This document shows positions 34,313-44,283 of a stretch of 64,000 nt of DNA, in pieces. The stretch lies in IMG/VR virus record IMGVR_UViG_3300031998_000007; one strand, given 5' to 3'. A model generated the notes under the pieces. That model made no database searches, had not been told where the DNA came from, and saw only the letters and a list, made by a program, of their open reading frames with translations. The DNA is from a virus (lineage: Duplodnaviria; Heunggongvirae; Uroviricota; Caudoviricetes). The position numbers and the translations under genes are program-made. Each line of letters begins with the position of its first letter. The stretch's first letter is position 1.

Positions 34313-34761
34313 CCACTACGTTCACAGCACAGACGATGCTGAAGTCCAATGCGACCGACCTGCCGCTGTTCCGCCCGCCGGTCACGATCAAGAAGCTCTT
34401 CGACATCGAAATCGACGAGGAACTCCGCGGGTTCGTGGACAAGTACCTGGAAGCCCGCAAGGGCGACGAGGACACCCCGCAATACGGCGCGGATCCGTTC
34501 CTCATGGCGCGTCTCAGGAAGGAGATGCAGAAGGTCTTCGGGAAGGAGACCAAGGTTGACAAGATGGCAGACGACGATGTCGTCGATTCCGCCATCACCC
34601 ACGCCGTCGAGGACAAGGTCGAGGACCTGGTCCCGCTCAACTTGAAGGGCGCGAAGATTCTCGGTCTCGACCCGGAAAAGGACTGCCCGGAAGGGTTCCA
34701 TGTCGCGAATGTCTTTATCCGCCTGAAGGGATGGGAGGTAGGCGATGCCACTGCGCGATGA
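34303..34761 (+). CDS. hypothetical protein
   Basis: ORF beginning MQITTTF; overlaps the upstream stop. Confidence 0.4.
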   Translation: MQITTTFTAQTMLKSNATDLPLFRPPVTIKKLFDIEIDEELRGFVDKYLEARKGDEDTPQYGADPFLMARLRKEMQKVFGKETKVDKMADDDVVDSAITHAVEDKVEDLVPLNLKGAKILGLDPEKDCPEGFHVANVFIRLKGWEVGDATAR

Positions 34762-35044
34762 CATTATCCGCTCGTTTACCGAGGAGCAGAAACGGATCTA
34801 CGACAATGTCCTCGGGGACATCGAAGGCATCCACAAGGGCTGGCTCATGTGCCGGAAGTTCTACGACGATGCACAGAAGGTCATCGACGACAAGACAACC
34901 GGGCCGGAAGTCCGCCTGTTCCTCATGAACACTGTCCTGAAATTCTGGATGGGGAGAATGAAGGGCATCGAGACGCTGCTCAACTTCGCCGGGCATTCCG
35001 AACTGGTGCCTGCGTGGAAGAAGGAATTCAACGCCTCCAAGTAG
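34745..35044 (+). CDS. hypothetical protein
   Basis: 99 aa. Confidence 0.4.
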   Translation: MPLRDDIIRSFTEEQKRIYDNVLGDIEGIHKGWLMCRKFYDDAQKVIDDKTTGPEVRLFLMNTVLKFWMGRMKGIETLLNFAGHSELVPAWKKEFNASK

Positions 35045-36010
35045 CTACAATACGAGATAGAACAATGCGGCAATCGCCCCTCCGGTGACTGCCGTTATTG
35101 CATATAGTGCCTTGCGCATGCGGGATACGCTCTGTTCCAGGTCGTTCTTCTCGTTGACGACGGTCCCGACATGTTCCGCCAGGTCCTCCACGCTCTGCTT
35201 GGATGCCAGGTTCATCGAGGTAAGACGCTTGATGGCCGAGTTCGCGAGCGTGAGTGCGGCACTGGACTTCTTCGAAATTTCGTTGATTTTCGGCTCGTAG
35301 CCGTTGATTACGTCTTCCATCCGGTCAACATCGACGCATACGTCGTCCACGATGTCGGAAAGCCTTATCAGGGCCCGGTTTGTGTTTTCTTCCACCGCGA
35401 TGTCCCCGTCGTTGTCGAACGCGAGCGCGTCCTCCTCGGATTCCCGGCTGATCCGTTCGAGCTCGGTAAGCTGCTTGATGACGGAGTTCTGCGACCGCTT
35501 GGTCAGCTCCTGCCGGTTCATCCCCATCTCTTCGACGGCGATTGCCGTGGAGATTGCGTCGTCCCCGCCGTCTGCGAGGCCAACCGGCACCAGATGGTGC
35601 AGGTATCGGTTGTCGGACAGCTGTTCTGTGCCCACCGTCTTGTAAAGCTGGACGGCGACCTTTTCGAGCGGAGAAATGATTTCGAGCGGGCAGAATACAC
35701 CGGCCTTTACCATCTCGTTGAATATCGACGTGTCGGCGAATACGGAAATCTTCCCGATTTCATAGCCGGATGACTGGCGCACGACCTCGGCCAGGACCAG
35801 CGGGTCATCGGAGTAGACGACCTTCTGGATGTACTTCGACATGTAGTTCCACCCGCGGTTGGACGTCTCCTTCAGGGTAACCGCGAACGACCAGTCGAGG
35901 ATGTCGGTTATCGACTTGTTGCGGATGCAGTCGGAGTAGTCGAAGATGCTGTGCGGTGTGAAGGAACCGTTCTCGTTCACGCCAAGCCAGCAGGTGATGG
36001 TGTTTTCCAT
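35045..36010 (-). CDS. hypothetical protein with C-terminal transmembrane anchor
   Basis: C-terminus ITAVTGGAIAALFYLVL; GTAAAACCTAGTTTTCGG motif about 25 nt upstream of the ATG. Confidence 0.55.
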   Translation of the reverse strand: MENTITCWLGVNENGSFTPHSIFDYSDCIRNKSITDILDWSFAVTLKETSNRGWNYMSKYIQKVVYSDDPLVLAEVVRQSSGYEIGKISVFADTSIFNEMVKAGVFCPLEIISPLEKVAVQLYKTVGTEQLSDNRYLHHLVPVGLADGGDDAISTAIAVEEMGMNRQELTKRSQNSVIKQLTELERISRESEEDALAFDNDGDIAVEENTNRALIRLSDIVDDVCVDVDRMEDVINGYEPKINEISKKSSAALTLANSAIKRLTSMNLASKQSVEDLAEHVGTVVNEKNDLEQSVSRMRKALYAITAVTGGAIAALFYLVL

Positions 36011-36056
36011 GTCGCGGTGGTCGTTGTTACATCCGAAAACTAGGTTTTACGAAAAA

Positions 36057-36085
36057 CGGGCCCGCGCCGGAGCGCGGACCCTGCC
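36057..36085 (-). terminator. intrinsic terminator (minus)
   Basis: gggtccgcgc-tccg-gcgcgggccc hairpin followed by GTTTTTCG on the minus strand. Confidence 0.5.
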
Positions 36086-36108
36086 ATGCGGTGTCGTTGT
36101 CGGAATGA

Positions 36109-36786
36109 CTATGCCTTACTGACTTCCGTCGCGATTTCGGCCTGCAGCGCGTCGGTCATCGACTTCTGGAGCATGTCCTTGTCGAGAGCTTTCAGGTCTT
36201 GCTTGTCCGAGCGGCGGAGACCCTTCTCGAAGAAGCGTTTGTAGATTGGCGTCCCTTCCGCCATGAGCTTTACTGCGCGGCAATCCTTGCACTTCCCGTT
36301 GATGATGCGCTCGTAGAACTTTTCCGCGCTCCCGTGGGCACCGAACGACCAGAGACTGCTGATAATCTTCATCACGCCGATGGCGATTGCCTTCTGGCGG
36401 TTCGGCTTGTCGTCCGGGTGGCGGGAGACCGTGGTCGCGGCGAAACGGTTTGCATTCGGGTTGTTGTCGGGTGCGGGCATCTCGGGCATCTTGCCTTCGA
36501 GGGTCACCGTGGTCATGAGGGCCTTCGGGGAGAGCGGATTGTCCTCGTCCGTGCGCCGCACATGTTCGTTCCAGCGGATGAACAGGTTGTCGTCCACCGT
36601 GATGACTCCCATGTAGGGGGTCTTCGGGTCGTAGAGGACTTCGTCGAAGCTGCGGTGGACCGCGGCCATGTTGAGGAAGCCGTGGTCGGCGAGCCAGGCG
36701 AGGGTGTCGGCGCCGGACACCTTGCCGTCCATGTGTTCGGAAAGCCGCTTCAGGACGGCGGAGCGGGAGTTGATACTGGATTTCAT
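36109..36786 (-). CDS. hypothetical protein
   Basis: 225 aa. Confidence 0.55.
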   Translation of the reverse strand: MKSSINSRSAVLKRLSEHMDGKVSGADTLAWLADHGFLNMAAVHRSFDEVLYDPKTPYMGVITVDDNLFIRWNEHVRRTDEDNPLSPKALMTTVTLEGKMPEMPAPDNNPNANRFAATTVSRHPDDKPNRQKAIAIGVMKIISSLWSFGAHGSAEKFYERIINGKCKDCRAVKLMAEGTPIYKRFFEKGLRRSDKQDLKALDKDMLQKSMTDALQAEIATEVSKA

Positions 36787-36795
36787 CGTGTCTCC

Positions 36796-37182
36796 TTATT
36801 TGACAAATTTTGCTGTGTTGATCCAATCCGCGAGCATCGTGGCGACCGCGTTGATTGGTTCCATCACCTTGTTGTGGATGTTCGTGGCGATTTCGATTAC
36901 CTCGTCAACGTATGCCGGGCTCGGTTCCTTGGTGGCCTTGCCGATTTCGATGCGTTCAGGCAGCTTGCACCGGTCATGGATCCACGGGAACCGCAGGATC
37001 GCTTGACAATCCTTGTAGCCCTTCCCGGATTTGAGACGGTGGAACCTGATTTCGATAATTCCGTGGGGGAGGGAAATCTCAAACTCGTGCCAATCGTAGT
37101 AGTTGGCGGAGCAGTGTGCCTGCTTTGATTTGAGGTAGTCGATGGTTTCTTCAAATTTTTGGTCGCGTTCTGTGTTATTCAT
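36796..37182 (-). CDS. hypothetical protein
   Basis: 128 aa; promoter motif 4 nt before the ATG. Confidence 0.5.
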   Translation of the reverse strand: MNNTERDQKFEETIDYLKSKQAHCSANYYDWHEFEISLPHGIIEIRFHRLKSGKGYKDCQAILRFPWIHDRCKLPERIEIGKATKEPSPAYVDEVIEIATNIHNKVMEPINAVATMLADWINTAKFVK

Positions 37183-37186
37183 GCCA

Positions 37187-37213
37187 TAAATATAGCAAAA
37201 ATTGCTATATTTT
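37187..37213. promoter_or_regulatory. back-to-back (divergent) extended -10 promoter motifs
   Basis: aaatatagcaaaaattgctatattt: palindromic pair of TTGCTATATTT elements sharing a centre. Confidence 0.5.
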
Positions 37214-37291
37214 GTATCAGGGCCGTCGGATGGGTAACCCCGGAAACGCCGGAATTATCCCATACCAAACAATCCGACGGACCAATCCATT

Positions 37292-37675
37292 ATGACATAC
37301 GAGATATATTCCTCCTTTATTGTTCTTTCGGGGCTGTGCATGCTGTTTGGTGTGCTCACCCTGATGTGCAACAACCCGCGGCCGTTATGGATGACACTTG
37401 TCGGCACCAGTGTCGCCGTGTTCCTTGTCGTGAACATCGTCGCTCCTCCCAAGCCGGTGATGTTCCAGAACAGCGTGGAATACTATGAACAGAACCGTCC
37501 GTCCTGTCTTCTCCGCGACGGTGTCCCCGTTTCGTTGGACAGCCTGGAGTCCCGCTGCATAGTCGATTATATCGACTACCGTGTCGATTCCACCCATGCC
37601 GCGCAGCGTCTATGGGAATGGAAGATGCGTTCGTTCCACAAGGCCGTCCCGCAACTTTCACCGAGGAAAAACTGA
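37292..37675 (+). CDS. hypothetical membrane protein (2 TM)
   Basis: FIVLSGLCMLFGVLTLM and LVGTSVAVFLVVNIVAP. Confidence 0.45.
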   Translation: MTYEIYSSFIVLSGLCMLFGVLTLMCNNPRPLWMTLVGTSVAVFLVVNIVAPPKPVMFQNSVEYYEQNRPSCLLRDGVPVSLDSLESRCIVDYIDYRVDSTHAAQRLWEWKMRSFHKAVPQLSPRKN

Positions 37676-37677
37676 CC

Positions 37678-38034
37678 ATGCGAGTAATGACCAAAGCAGA
37701 AATTCTCGCGCTCGACACGCCCGTGCTTATACGCGAGTGGTCGCCGTGCGCCTATAACGACGCAGGATGGATGCTCACCTGCGGCAAGGATGTTTCCGGG
37801 CATACGTTCGGCGCCCTTGACCTCGATCCGAATCCGATGGGGCAGAAGGAAGAAATCAAGGAGACGTGGGACTGGGACGGGCCGCTGGACCTCGAAGACG
37901 ACAAGACCTATGTCGTCGCCGAACAGCGGGAAATCGCCATAATGATTGCCAGGCTCCGCCTTGCCGTGAAGAACTGCGATTTTACGGCAATCGCCAAGGC
38001 CGGCAAGGAGATGGAAACCTATGAAGCAGGATAA
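37678..38034 (+). CDS. hypothetical protein
   Basis: Start at MRVMTKAE (the ORF-tool start at 37612 overlaps the previous gene). Confidence 0.45.
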   Translation: MRVMTKAEILALDTPVLIREWSPCAYNDAGWMLTCGKDVSGHTFGALDLDPNPMGQKEEIKETWDWDGPLDLEDDKTYVVAEQREIAIMIARLRLAVKNCDFTAIAKAGKEMETYEAG

Positions 38035-38326
38035 CGAGCTGTTTTCGCCGGGAGCCGTGAAGGCGGTCACCCCTGGCCTGTGGGCCGGCATTAAGGAAGG
38101 CGGTGTCCCGAAATTCCCGGACAGCGTCACCTGGGTCGATGACGGGACCGTGGTCACGTTCTACGACCGCGAGACGATGAAGGAAATTTTCCATGCGAGC
38201 CGGGACGGCCTTGCCTACATGGGCCTTACGCTCGACGACGTTGCGACGGGAACGGTCCTGTGCGTGCTCGCCCGCGTGACGAACCGCTGGCGAGGCGACG
38301 ACATTCTTCATCCGCAGCCGTGGTAA
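38021..38326 (+). CDS. hypothetical protein
   Basis: 101 aa. Confidence 0.4.
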   Translation: MKQDNELFSPGAVKAVTPGLWAGIKEGGVPKFPDSVTWVDDGTVVTFYDRETMKEIFHASRDGLAYMGLTLDDVATGTVLCVLARVTNRWRGDDILHPQPW

Positions 38327-38368
38327 TTGTATTATTTTGTTTGATTCTGGTCGAATATTTTATATATT

Positions 38369-38623
38369 ATGAACACGGAGGTTCTTATGGCCAACAATGA
38401 CTGGAAACTGTGCAAGGATGAGCTACCGGCGACGCATGATCGGGCCGTTGCAATCTATCCCCCGTTCAAAGGCAAGGAATTTGCCTGCTGGAACGAACAC
38501 GAGGATTGCTGGGACACCGAGGACGGCGACGATTATCTTTGCACCAAGGACAAGGTCATTGCCTGGTTCGATATACCTCCGGTTCCAGAAGAAATCAAAC
38601 AGCTTTTAAGGAGTTCTACATGA
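38369..38623 (+). CDS. hypothetical protein
   Basis: 84 aa, Cys/Trp/Asp-rich. Confidence 0.4.
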   Translation: MNTEVLMANNDWKLCKDELPATHDRAVAIYPPFKGKEFACWNEHEDCWDTEDGDDYLCTKDKVIAWFDIPPVPEEIKQLLRSST

Positions 38624-38922
38624 ACAAGCAGGACATCATCAACAAGGTTTTCGCTGACAAGCAGCTCGGCCTCTCTTCCCGTGCAAGCGCCACCCGCACG
38701 GTTGACGCAGTTCTCGGCGCAATCCAGAACGGCTTGAAGGAAGACGGCGTTGTGCAGATGTACGGTTTCGGCACCTTCCGCGTTCGCACTCGCGCAGCAC
38801 GCACCGGACGCAACCCGCAGAACGGCCAGAAGATTAAGATCAAGGCTTCCAAGCGCGTCGGCTTCCGCGCCGGCGTGGACATGATGTCCAAGGCCGACCG
38901 TTTCAAGGCCAAGGTTCGCTAA
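38620..38922 (+). CDS. hup: HU/IHF family histone-like DNA-binding protein
   Basis: GFGTFRVRTRAARTGRNPQNGQKIKIKASKRVGFRAG matches the HU beta-arm signature; start at MNKQDIINK (ATGA overlap with the upstream gene). Confidence 0.85.
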   Translation: MNKQDIINKVFADKQLGLSSRASATRTVDAVLGAIQNGLKEDGVVQMYGFGTFRVRTRAARTGRNPQNGQKIKIKASKRVGFRAGVDMMSKADRFKAKVR

Positions 38923-38946
38923 CCTGCCGCCCGACGGAAATATGAA

Positions 38947-38972
38947 GGCTCCCGGACACCCGGGAGCCTTTT
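38947..38972 (+). terminator. intrinsic terminator
   Basis: ggctcccgg-acac-ccgggagcc followed by TTTT. Confidence 0.65.
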
Positions 38973-39081
38973 CTGCATCCGGTGTATGGGGGCCCGGACG
39001 CTTCCGGCTGTAGTTTATAGATTTCGTGGCGGGCGCCATGGCCGGACTGCCGCGGGCGGTATGCCGCGCTAAACTATCTGT

Positions 39082-39624
39082 ATGGATATGCCTAGCTTCG
39101 ATTCTTCAAAGATAGTCCGGCTGACCGGCTCGATTGACGAGGAAGCCTCCGAGAACTTTCTCGCGGGTCTCCGGGAAATGTCCCTCACCGGCGTCGATGG
39201 CGGCATCACGGTAGTGATACACAGCGACGGCGGTGACACCGAGGACGCGTTCCGAATACTCGACGCGTTCAGGCTGCTGAAAGACAGCGGGTTCAAGATA
39301 AGGACCATACTGACGGGCAAGGCCTATTCGATGGCGTCCTACATATTCTGCATGGGCGACTACCGCACAATCTACCCGAACGGGCGCCTGATGTTCCACA
39401 TGAGCCGCTACCCGGAGTTGCAGGATAACGACGTCACCTGCGCGAGGCTGATGGAGTTGTACAAGGACTTGAAGTTCTATGACGACAGGTTCGTCCAGAT
39501 AATGAAGTCCGTCGGCATCCCGAGGCGCCTGATTTCCCGGGCGAAGTCCGAGGACGTGTATCTGAGCGCCGAGGAGGCGGTAAAGCTCGGCGTGGCCCAT
39601 GCCATAGAGCACGAAATACTTTGA
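39082..39624 (+). CDS. ClpP-family serine peptidase (S14), possible prohead protease
   Basis: VVIHSDGGDT, GKAYSMASYIF (catalytic Ser), LMFHMS (catalytic His): ClpP fold signature. Confidence 0.7.
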   Translation: MDMPSFDSSKIVRLTGSIDEEASENFLAGLREMSLTGVDGGITVVIHSDGGDTEDAFRILDAFRLLKDSGFKIRTILTGKAYSMASYIFCMGDYRTIYPNGRLMFHMSRYPELQDNDVTCARLMELYKDLKFYDDRFVQIMKSVGIPRRLISRAKSEDVYLSAEEAVKLGVAHAIEHEIL

Positions 39625-39639
39625 TTTTTGCTATATTTT
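39625..39639 (+). promoter_or_regulatory. extended -10 promoter motif TTTTTGCTATATTTT
   Basis: 4 nt before the ATG at 39644. Confidence 0.55.
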
Positions 39640-39643
39640 GGTC

Positions 39644-40495
39644 ATGGACTTTATAAATTCCCCATTCCCGTATGCAGGCTGCAAGTATGACCTGCTCACC
39701 CACCTTGACCGGCTCATTCCGCAGGGCGAGCGCCTTTTTGACGTGTTCGGCGGTTCCGGTGCGGTCGGCGTGAACCTTTCCTACCGCTTCAACTACGTAT
39801 GCGTCACGGATATACTCCGCGACCTCGTGCAGATGCACCGCAGTCTCCAGAACGACGACCCGGACCAGGTCATCGCCAGGTTGAAGGAACTTTCATCCAA
39901 GGTCCCGGAAAAGTATGCCGAATTGCGCAGCGCCTACAACGCGCTCCCGCCGAATGACCCGGACCGCGGCTACCGTCTTTACGGACTTATCCTCTCCTGC
40001 ACGAACAACCTGATGCGCTTCAACCTCAAGGGCGGTTTCAACCAGACCTGCGGCAAGCGCCAGCTCACCGACAACAAGGAAAAGGAAATCCGTGCATGGT
40101 GCGAACGCCTGCAGTCCGCCAAGGGCAAGGTGTTCTTCGGCTACGGCTCGTTCGACCGCGTGCTCGACAGCATGGCGCAGCGCATCCCGGCGGAAGGGAC
40201 CGTCGTCTATCTCGATCCGCCGTATTCCAACACGGAAGCCGGCTACAATTCCACATGGACTGTCGCCGATGACGACAAGCTCTCCGCGTTCATGCTATCG
40301 CATCCCGGCTACAAGTATGTCCTGTCCAGCTGCAGCAAGGACGGGAAGACTACCCGACTGGTGGAGACTCTCCGCGACAGCGGAATGTACGACACGACGG
40401 AAGTCCCGCACGTTTACAAGGCCGCCAAGAAGAGCAAGACTTCCGAAACGGTAGAACTCATTTTGTGCAGCAAAAACTGCCAAATTTCGCAGTAA
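39644..40495 (+). CDS. Dam-like DNA N6-adenine methyltransferase
   Basis: FDVFGGSGAV (AdoMet-binding FxGxG) and VVYLDPPYS (DPPY). The ORF-tool start at 39638 is a TTG inside the promoter. Confidence 0.8.
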   Translation: MDFINSPFPYAGCKYDLLTHLDRLIPQGERLFDVFGGSGAVGVNLSYRFNYVCVTDILRDLVQMHRSLQNDDPDQVIARLKELSSKVPEKYAELRSAYNALPPNDPDRGYRLYGLILSCTNNLMRFNLKGGFNQTCGKRQLTDNKEKEIRAWCERLQSAKGKVFFGYGSFDRVLDSMAQRIPAEGTVVYLDPPYSNTEAGYNSTWTVADDDKLSAFMLSHPGYKYVLSSCSKDGKTTRLVETLRDSGMYDTTEVPHVYKAAKKSKTSETVELILCSKNCQISQ

Positions 40496-40509
40496 ATTTG
40501 TATATTTTG
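40495..40509 (+). promoter_or_regulatory. extended -10 promoter variant AAATTTGTATATTTT
   Basis: 3 nt before the ATG at 40513. Confidence 0.5.
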
Positions 40510-40512
40510 ACC

Positions 40513-41625
40513 ATGAACGACTATTGCGCACTCGTAGCATACAAGGAACCGTCGGCGGGGGCATACTTCCGCCGCAGAAACCTCATCGAGGTGGTGAACA
40601 ACTGGCTCAGGAACTTCCCGGAGGCGGACATCGTCGTCACGGAGCAGATCCGTAGCGGGACCGTCGAGCAGGCCGAGGCCCGGTGGGCCGGATATGCCGA
40701 GAAGTTCGTGGATGCCGGGACGGTTTCCCATATCATGGTCGAGTGCGACTACGACGCGTTCCACAAGACCCGCATCCTCAACGAGGCCATCCAGAAGTTC
40801 CCCAACTACAAGTTCTACATCCTCGCGGATGCCGACGCGTTCCTCGACATGGGCGCCTTCGACTATATCCGGGACCACAAGGACGACCATAACCTTGTCT
40901 TCCCGTATGCGGAAGTGTTCTACCTCGATGAGAGCGATACCCGCAACGTCATCAGCGGCAAGCCGATGCGTCCGGGCGTAAAGAACCACGGCGTGGTGAT
41001 TTCCCGCCAGACGGGTCTATGCAACGTGTTCTCCGGGGAGCTTTACCGTGCGGTCAAGGGTTTCGACGAGGAGTTCATCAACTGGGGTGCGGAGGACGAT
41101 GCCTTCTGCTTCAAGGTGAAGCGCCTCGGGCGCCAGGTGATCCGCAACAACACCGGCAGGGGTGCCGTGATGCACCTGTTCCACCCGAAGGTGAACACGC
41201 CGGAGTATGTCAAGTCCCTGGACTACCGCGAGAACCGCAAGCTGTGCGCCTGCATCCGCAAGATGACCGACGAGGACTGGGAACGCTACCTTCGCGGGGA
41301 GGAAGACCTCGGCGGACTTGCACAGGGATATAGCGACCGCGGCGCCCTGGTTACCCACATCGAGTGGCCGTGCGTCCCGGGAATGATCCTCACAATCGAC
41401 ACCACCATCTACGATGTCCTCGCCGACGGCGAGACCGTGGACAGCCTGACCTTCACGAAGCTCATGGACGTGGTGCTCCAGGAGGACGGGCCGGAAGTTG
41501 CCGTGCAGTTCCTCGACAACATCCTCATGCCGCTCAACCCGAAGACGCCCGAACAGCTCGCCGAGCTTAACGGTATCAGGGAGCGCCTCGTTAAACTGGC
41601 TAAGGAAGCTAGAGGCAAGGCATGA
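40513..41625 (+). CDS. GT-A fold glycosyltransferase
   Basis: YILADADAFLD (DXD) and FINWGAEDDAFCFKV (WGxEDDD motif, as in beta-1,4-galactosyltransferase and GT2 enzymes). Confidence 0.6.
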   Translation: MNDYCALVAYKEPSAGAYFRRRNLIEVVNNWLRNFPEADIVVTEQIRSGTVEQAEARWAGYAEKFVDAGTVSHIMVECDYDAFHKTRILNEAIQKFPNYKFYILADADAFLDMGAFDYIRDHKDDHNLVFPYAEVFYLDESDTRNVISGKPMRPGVKNHGVVISRQTGLCNVFSGELYRAVKGFDEEFINWGAEDDAFCFKVKRLGRQVIRNNTGRGAVMHLFHPKVNTPEYVKSLDYRENRKLCACIRKMTDEDWERYLRGEEDLGGLAQGYSDRGALVTHIEWPCVPGMILTIDTTIYDVLADGETVDSLTFTKLMDVVLQEDGPEVAVQFLDNILMPLNPKTPEQLAELNGIRERLVKLAKEARGKA

Positions 41626-42371
41626 TCCAGTTCATCCGCCAAGAGATAGGCCAGGAGTGTTCCAAGACGAACATGTTCGCGACATCGGTCGCGTCCTATC
41701 TCCACGATACGAGATATTTCGACATGTCGTCCCGTGCGCCGGTCGTGGTGCAGTGTGCGGACGGCAACATCCAGAAGGTTCCGGGAGGCTGGTACGGCCC
41801 GCGCATCGCCGTGCTGCACGACTGGTTCCCCAACTACAAGCCGGCTGCGCTGCTCGCCAAGCACGTCCTGTGCCTTGGCGGTTTCGATCACCCGGATTTT
41901 GGCAAGAAGTGCATCGACCTTCCGTCGTTTCCCCTCGACCTTGACCGGTTCGTCCACCTGCCGACGGCGATGGACTACGACGTGGTAATCGGGGGAGCCC
42001 TGCGGGATAACTCGCTGGACGCCCTTCGGAAGGCTTTCGACGCCAACCGGTTCAAGAAGGTTGCCCTCGTCTGCCATACAGTTTTTACCGGCACGGCACG
42101 GGTGTTTGCCGACCTTTCGGCGTTCCTCTCCCACGAGGGCGCCGAAGTCGTGTTCAGGCGCCAGAACATGCCGGCCAGGGTCCTGGAGACGCTCTACCTG
42201 AGCGCACCGGCCATCATCCACCTCGGCCACTGCGGCAGGGGGTGGCTCCATTCGCTCGCCGAATATCGCAGGCGTACCGGGGCCATTGACGTTTTCTGTG
42301 AAAAGGAGTTTGGAAATGAAGAATTTGCTTCGGTCAGACAAGTTGCTGAAATTCTTGGAAACGCAACTTAG
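41622..42371 (+). CDS. hypothetical protein
   Basis: 249 aa, translationally coupled. Confidence 0.5.
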   Translation: MIQFIRQEIGQECSKTNMFATSVASYLHDTRYFDMSSRAPVVVQCADGNIQKVPGGWYGPRIAVLHDWFPNYKPAALLAKHVLCLGGFDHPDFGKKCIDLPSFPLDLDRFVHLPTAMDYDVVIGGALRDNSLDALRKAFDANRFKKVALVCHTVFTGTARVFADLSAFLSHEGAEVVFRRQNMPARVLETLYLSAPAIIHLGHCGRGWLHSLAEYRRRTGAIDVFCEKEFGNEEFASVRQVAEILGNAT

Positions 42372-42573
42372 CGTGTACACGGCTACCGCCAAGAATGCCG
42401 CGCTGCACGGAAATATCGTCCGCGCCCTCTATGTGCTCGTGTTCGCCGTGTTCCTGTTCAGCACCGCGCGTGTAATCCGCCAGATTTGGATCAACGGGGG
42501 CACGACCACCCTCGTGAAGGTAAGCAACGGGGAAGCCGGCGATGTCCGCGCTCAGACCGAGGAAACCAAGTAA
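42316..42573 (+). CDS. small membrane protein
   Basis: AAGGAG ribosome-binding site 7 nt before the ATG; TM helix ALYVLVFAVFLFS. Confidence 0.45.
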   Translation: MKNLLRSDKLLKFLETQLSVYTATAKNAALHGNIVRALYVLVFAVFLFSTARVIRQIWINGGTTTLVKVSNGEAGDVRAQTEETK

Positions 42574-42576
42574 GGG

Positions 42577-44157
42577 GTGCAGATGACCAACCGCAATGAC
42601 GTGATTTTCGACATGAAGTCGATGTTGAAACGCTTCAACATCGACTCCGACCAGTGGGTGGGGAAGAATTTCAAGGAAAAGCTGGCCTACCTCAAGAAGC
42701 GCATGCGCTCCAACGACAAGATTGAGCTCGCCGAAAGCGGGTCCAAGCTGCTCGACGCGGTGTTCTACACCCTGCGCAACGCGTCCGAGAGCCGTATCGC
42801 CCACAAGTATATCGGTCTCGCACAGACCGCGTTCGACCTGTTCCGCATCAATTTCATCGTCAAGAACGCATTTGTCGCCGAGCAGTACGAGTATCGCGGA
42901 CGCTTCGACGCGATGGCCCAGGTGATTGGCGAGGACAACGACTGTAGCCTTACCGTTGCCGAGGTGAAGACCTCCGGCGACATGTGCCGCTATCTCCTCA
43001 ACATGAGCCAGGCCGACCAGGAAAAGTACGACATCCACTTCAAGAAGATCAAGAACCTTCTCCGCGACGACGATGACGAAGAAGAGGGCTACCGGCTCCG
43101 GTCCGCCGTCCTGTTCAGCCATGCCGGCCACAACTTCGTCATGCAGCTGGAAAACTACGCCGCGAGCAAGGCCGACCTCGGGAAGGACCATGAAGACTAC
43201 ATGGAAAGCAGTTACGCCGATGTCCGCGTCGCCATGCGCAACGAGGACTATGACGAGGAAGTCATTACGGATGCCGTCCATACCCTGTATACCGCATATC
43301 TCGGCAACGTTGACCTTTCCAAGTACATGTTCGAGATGGACAACGTGTTCTTCTCGAAGTTCAAGCGCGAAATCGTCGATTTCGACGTGTGCAACCTGGA
43401 CGTGGCCCGCATGCGCAGGGCAATCTCGAAGACCCTGGAGCACAACAAGAGCCGCAGCTTCCTTGTAGAGGGCGAGCCGGGCGTGGGCAAGACCATGTCC
43501 ATCGAGAAGGTGCTCGAAGGCGTGCCGCAATACCCGGTGTTCTGGGTCCCGCTCGAAGCCATTCAGCAGGCCTGCATCGACCAGACTTTCGAGACGCTCG
43601 CCCGCATCGACAAGTCGATTATCGTGTTCGACGACATCGACGGCATCGACATGAGCGAGAAGAACGAGTATGCCACCGACTTCATGGGTTATCTCGACGA
43701 GCTCCGCGAGACATCCAGCGGCCATATCATCATTATCATCGTGAACGAGCCGCAGAAGCTCCACCACATGTTCCGTTCGCGTCCGGGCCGTATCGACGAG
43801 GTGATCGTCGTGACTGCGCCGAAGACCGCGGAAGACGTGTTCGATGTCATCAAGCAGCGCTTCCGCCACGAGAACGTGGCGATGCCGAAATGGGCGTCGC
43901 TCGGCAACAAGCAGTTCAGGAAGGCCTGCGAGGACCTCGCGAAGAAGGGTATTACCCAGGCATACATCACCGGCATCATTTCCGACCTGGTGACGTTCTA
44001 TGACGGGGACCATTCGTTCAAGAACTTCAAGGACTCTGTCCGGTCCGCTATGGAAAGCCGGGACAACAGCATGCTCGTCGCGGGAAGTGATGGCCGTTTG
44101 TGCAGTGCCCAAACGGTCCAACAGACCGCCACCGCAAGTCAGGACGCGGGGGCCTAA
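42577..44157 (+). CDS. classic AAA-family ATPase
   Basis: Walker A GEPGVGKTM, Walker B IIVFDDIDG, second region of homology HIIIIIVNEPQKLHHMFRSRPGRIDE. Confidence 0.7.
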   Translation: MQMTNRNDVIFDMKSMLKRFNIDSDQWVGKNFKEKLAYLKKRMRSNDKIELAESGSKLLDAVFYTLRNASESRIAHKYIGLAQTAFDLFRINFIVKNAFVAEQYEYRGRFDAMAQVIGEDNDCSLTVAEVKTSGDMCRYLLNMSQADQEKYDIHFKKIKNLLRDDDDEEEGYRLRSAVLFSHAGHNFVMQLENYAASKADLGKDHEDYMESSYADVRVAMRNEDYDEEVITDAVHTLYTAYLGNVDLSKYMFEMDNVFFSKFKREIVDFDVCNLDVARMRRAISKTLEHNKSRSFLVEGEPGVGKTMSIEKVLEGVPQYPVFWVPLEAIQQACIDQTFETLARIDKSIIVFDDIDGIDMSEKNEYATDFMGYLDELRETSSGHIIIIIVNEPQKLHHMFRSRPGRIDEVIVVTAPKTAEDVFDVIKQRFRHENVAMPKWASLGNKQFRKACEDLAKKGITQAYITGIISDLVTFYDGDHSFKNFKDSVRSAMESRDNSMLVAGSDGRLCSAQTVQQTATASQDAGA

Positions 44158-44283
44158 AATCCCCGATTTTGTGCACATTTGTGCACTAACCTTGGCACCG
44201 TTTTTATTATAAACAATGACTACCCGCCGACGGAAACGGTCCTCCCGCACCGCCGGCCCAACTTCAACCTAAAGGATTCCTAC

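Noticed and set aside
44179-44283. Longer nrdD start at 44179
   Set aside because: The first 35 codons lack coding bias and carry the TGTGCAC repeat element; the ATG at 44284 has an AAGGA ribosome-binding site and begins the conserved N-terminal region
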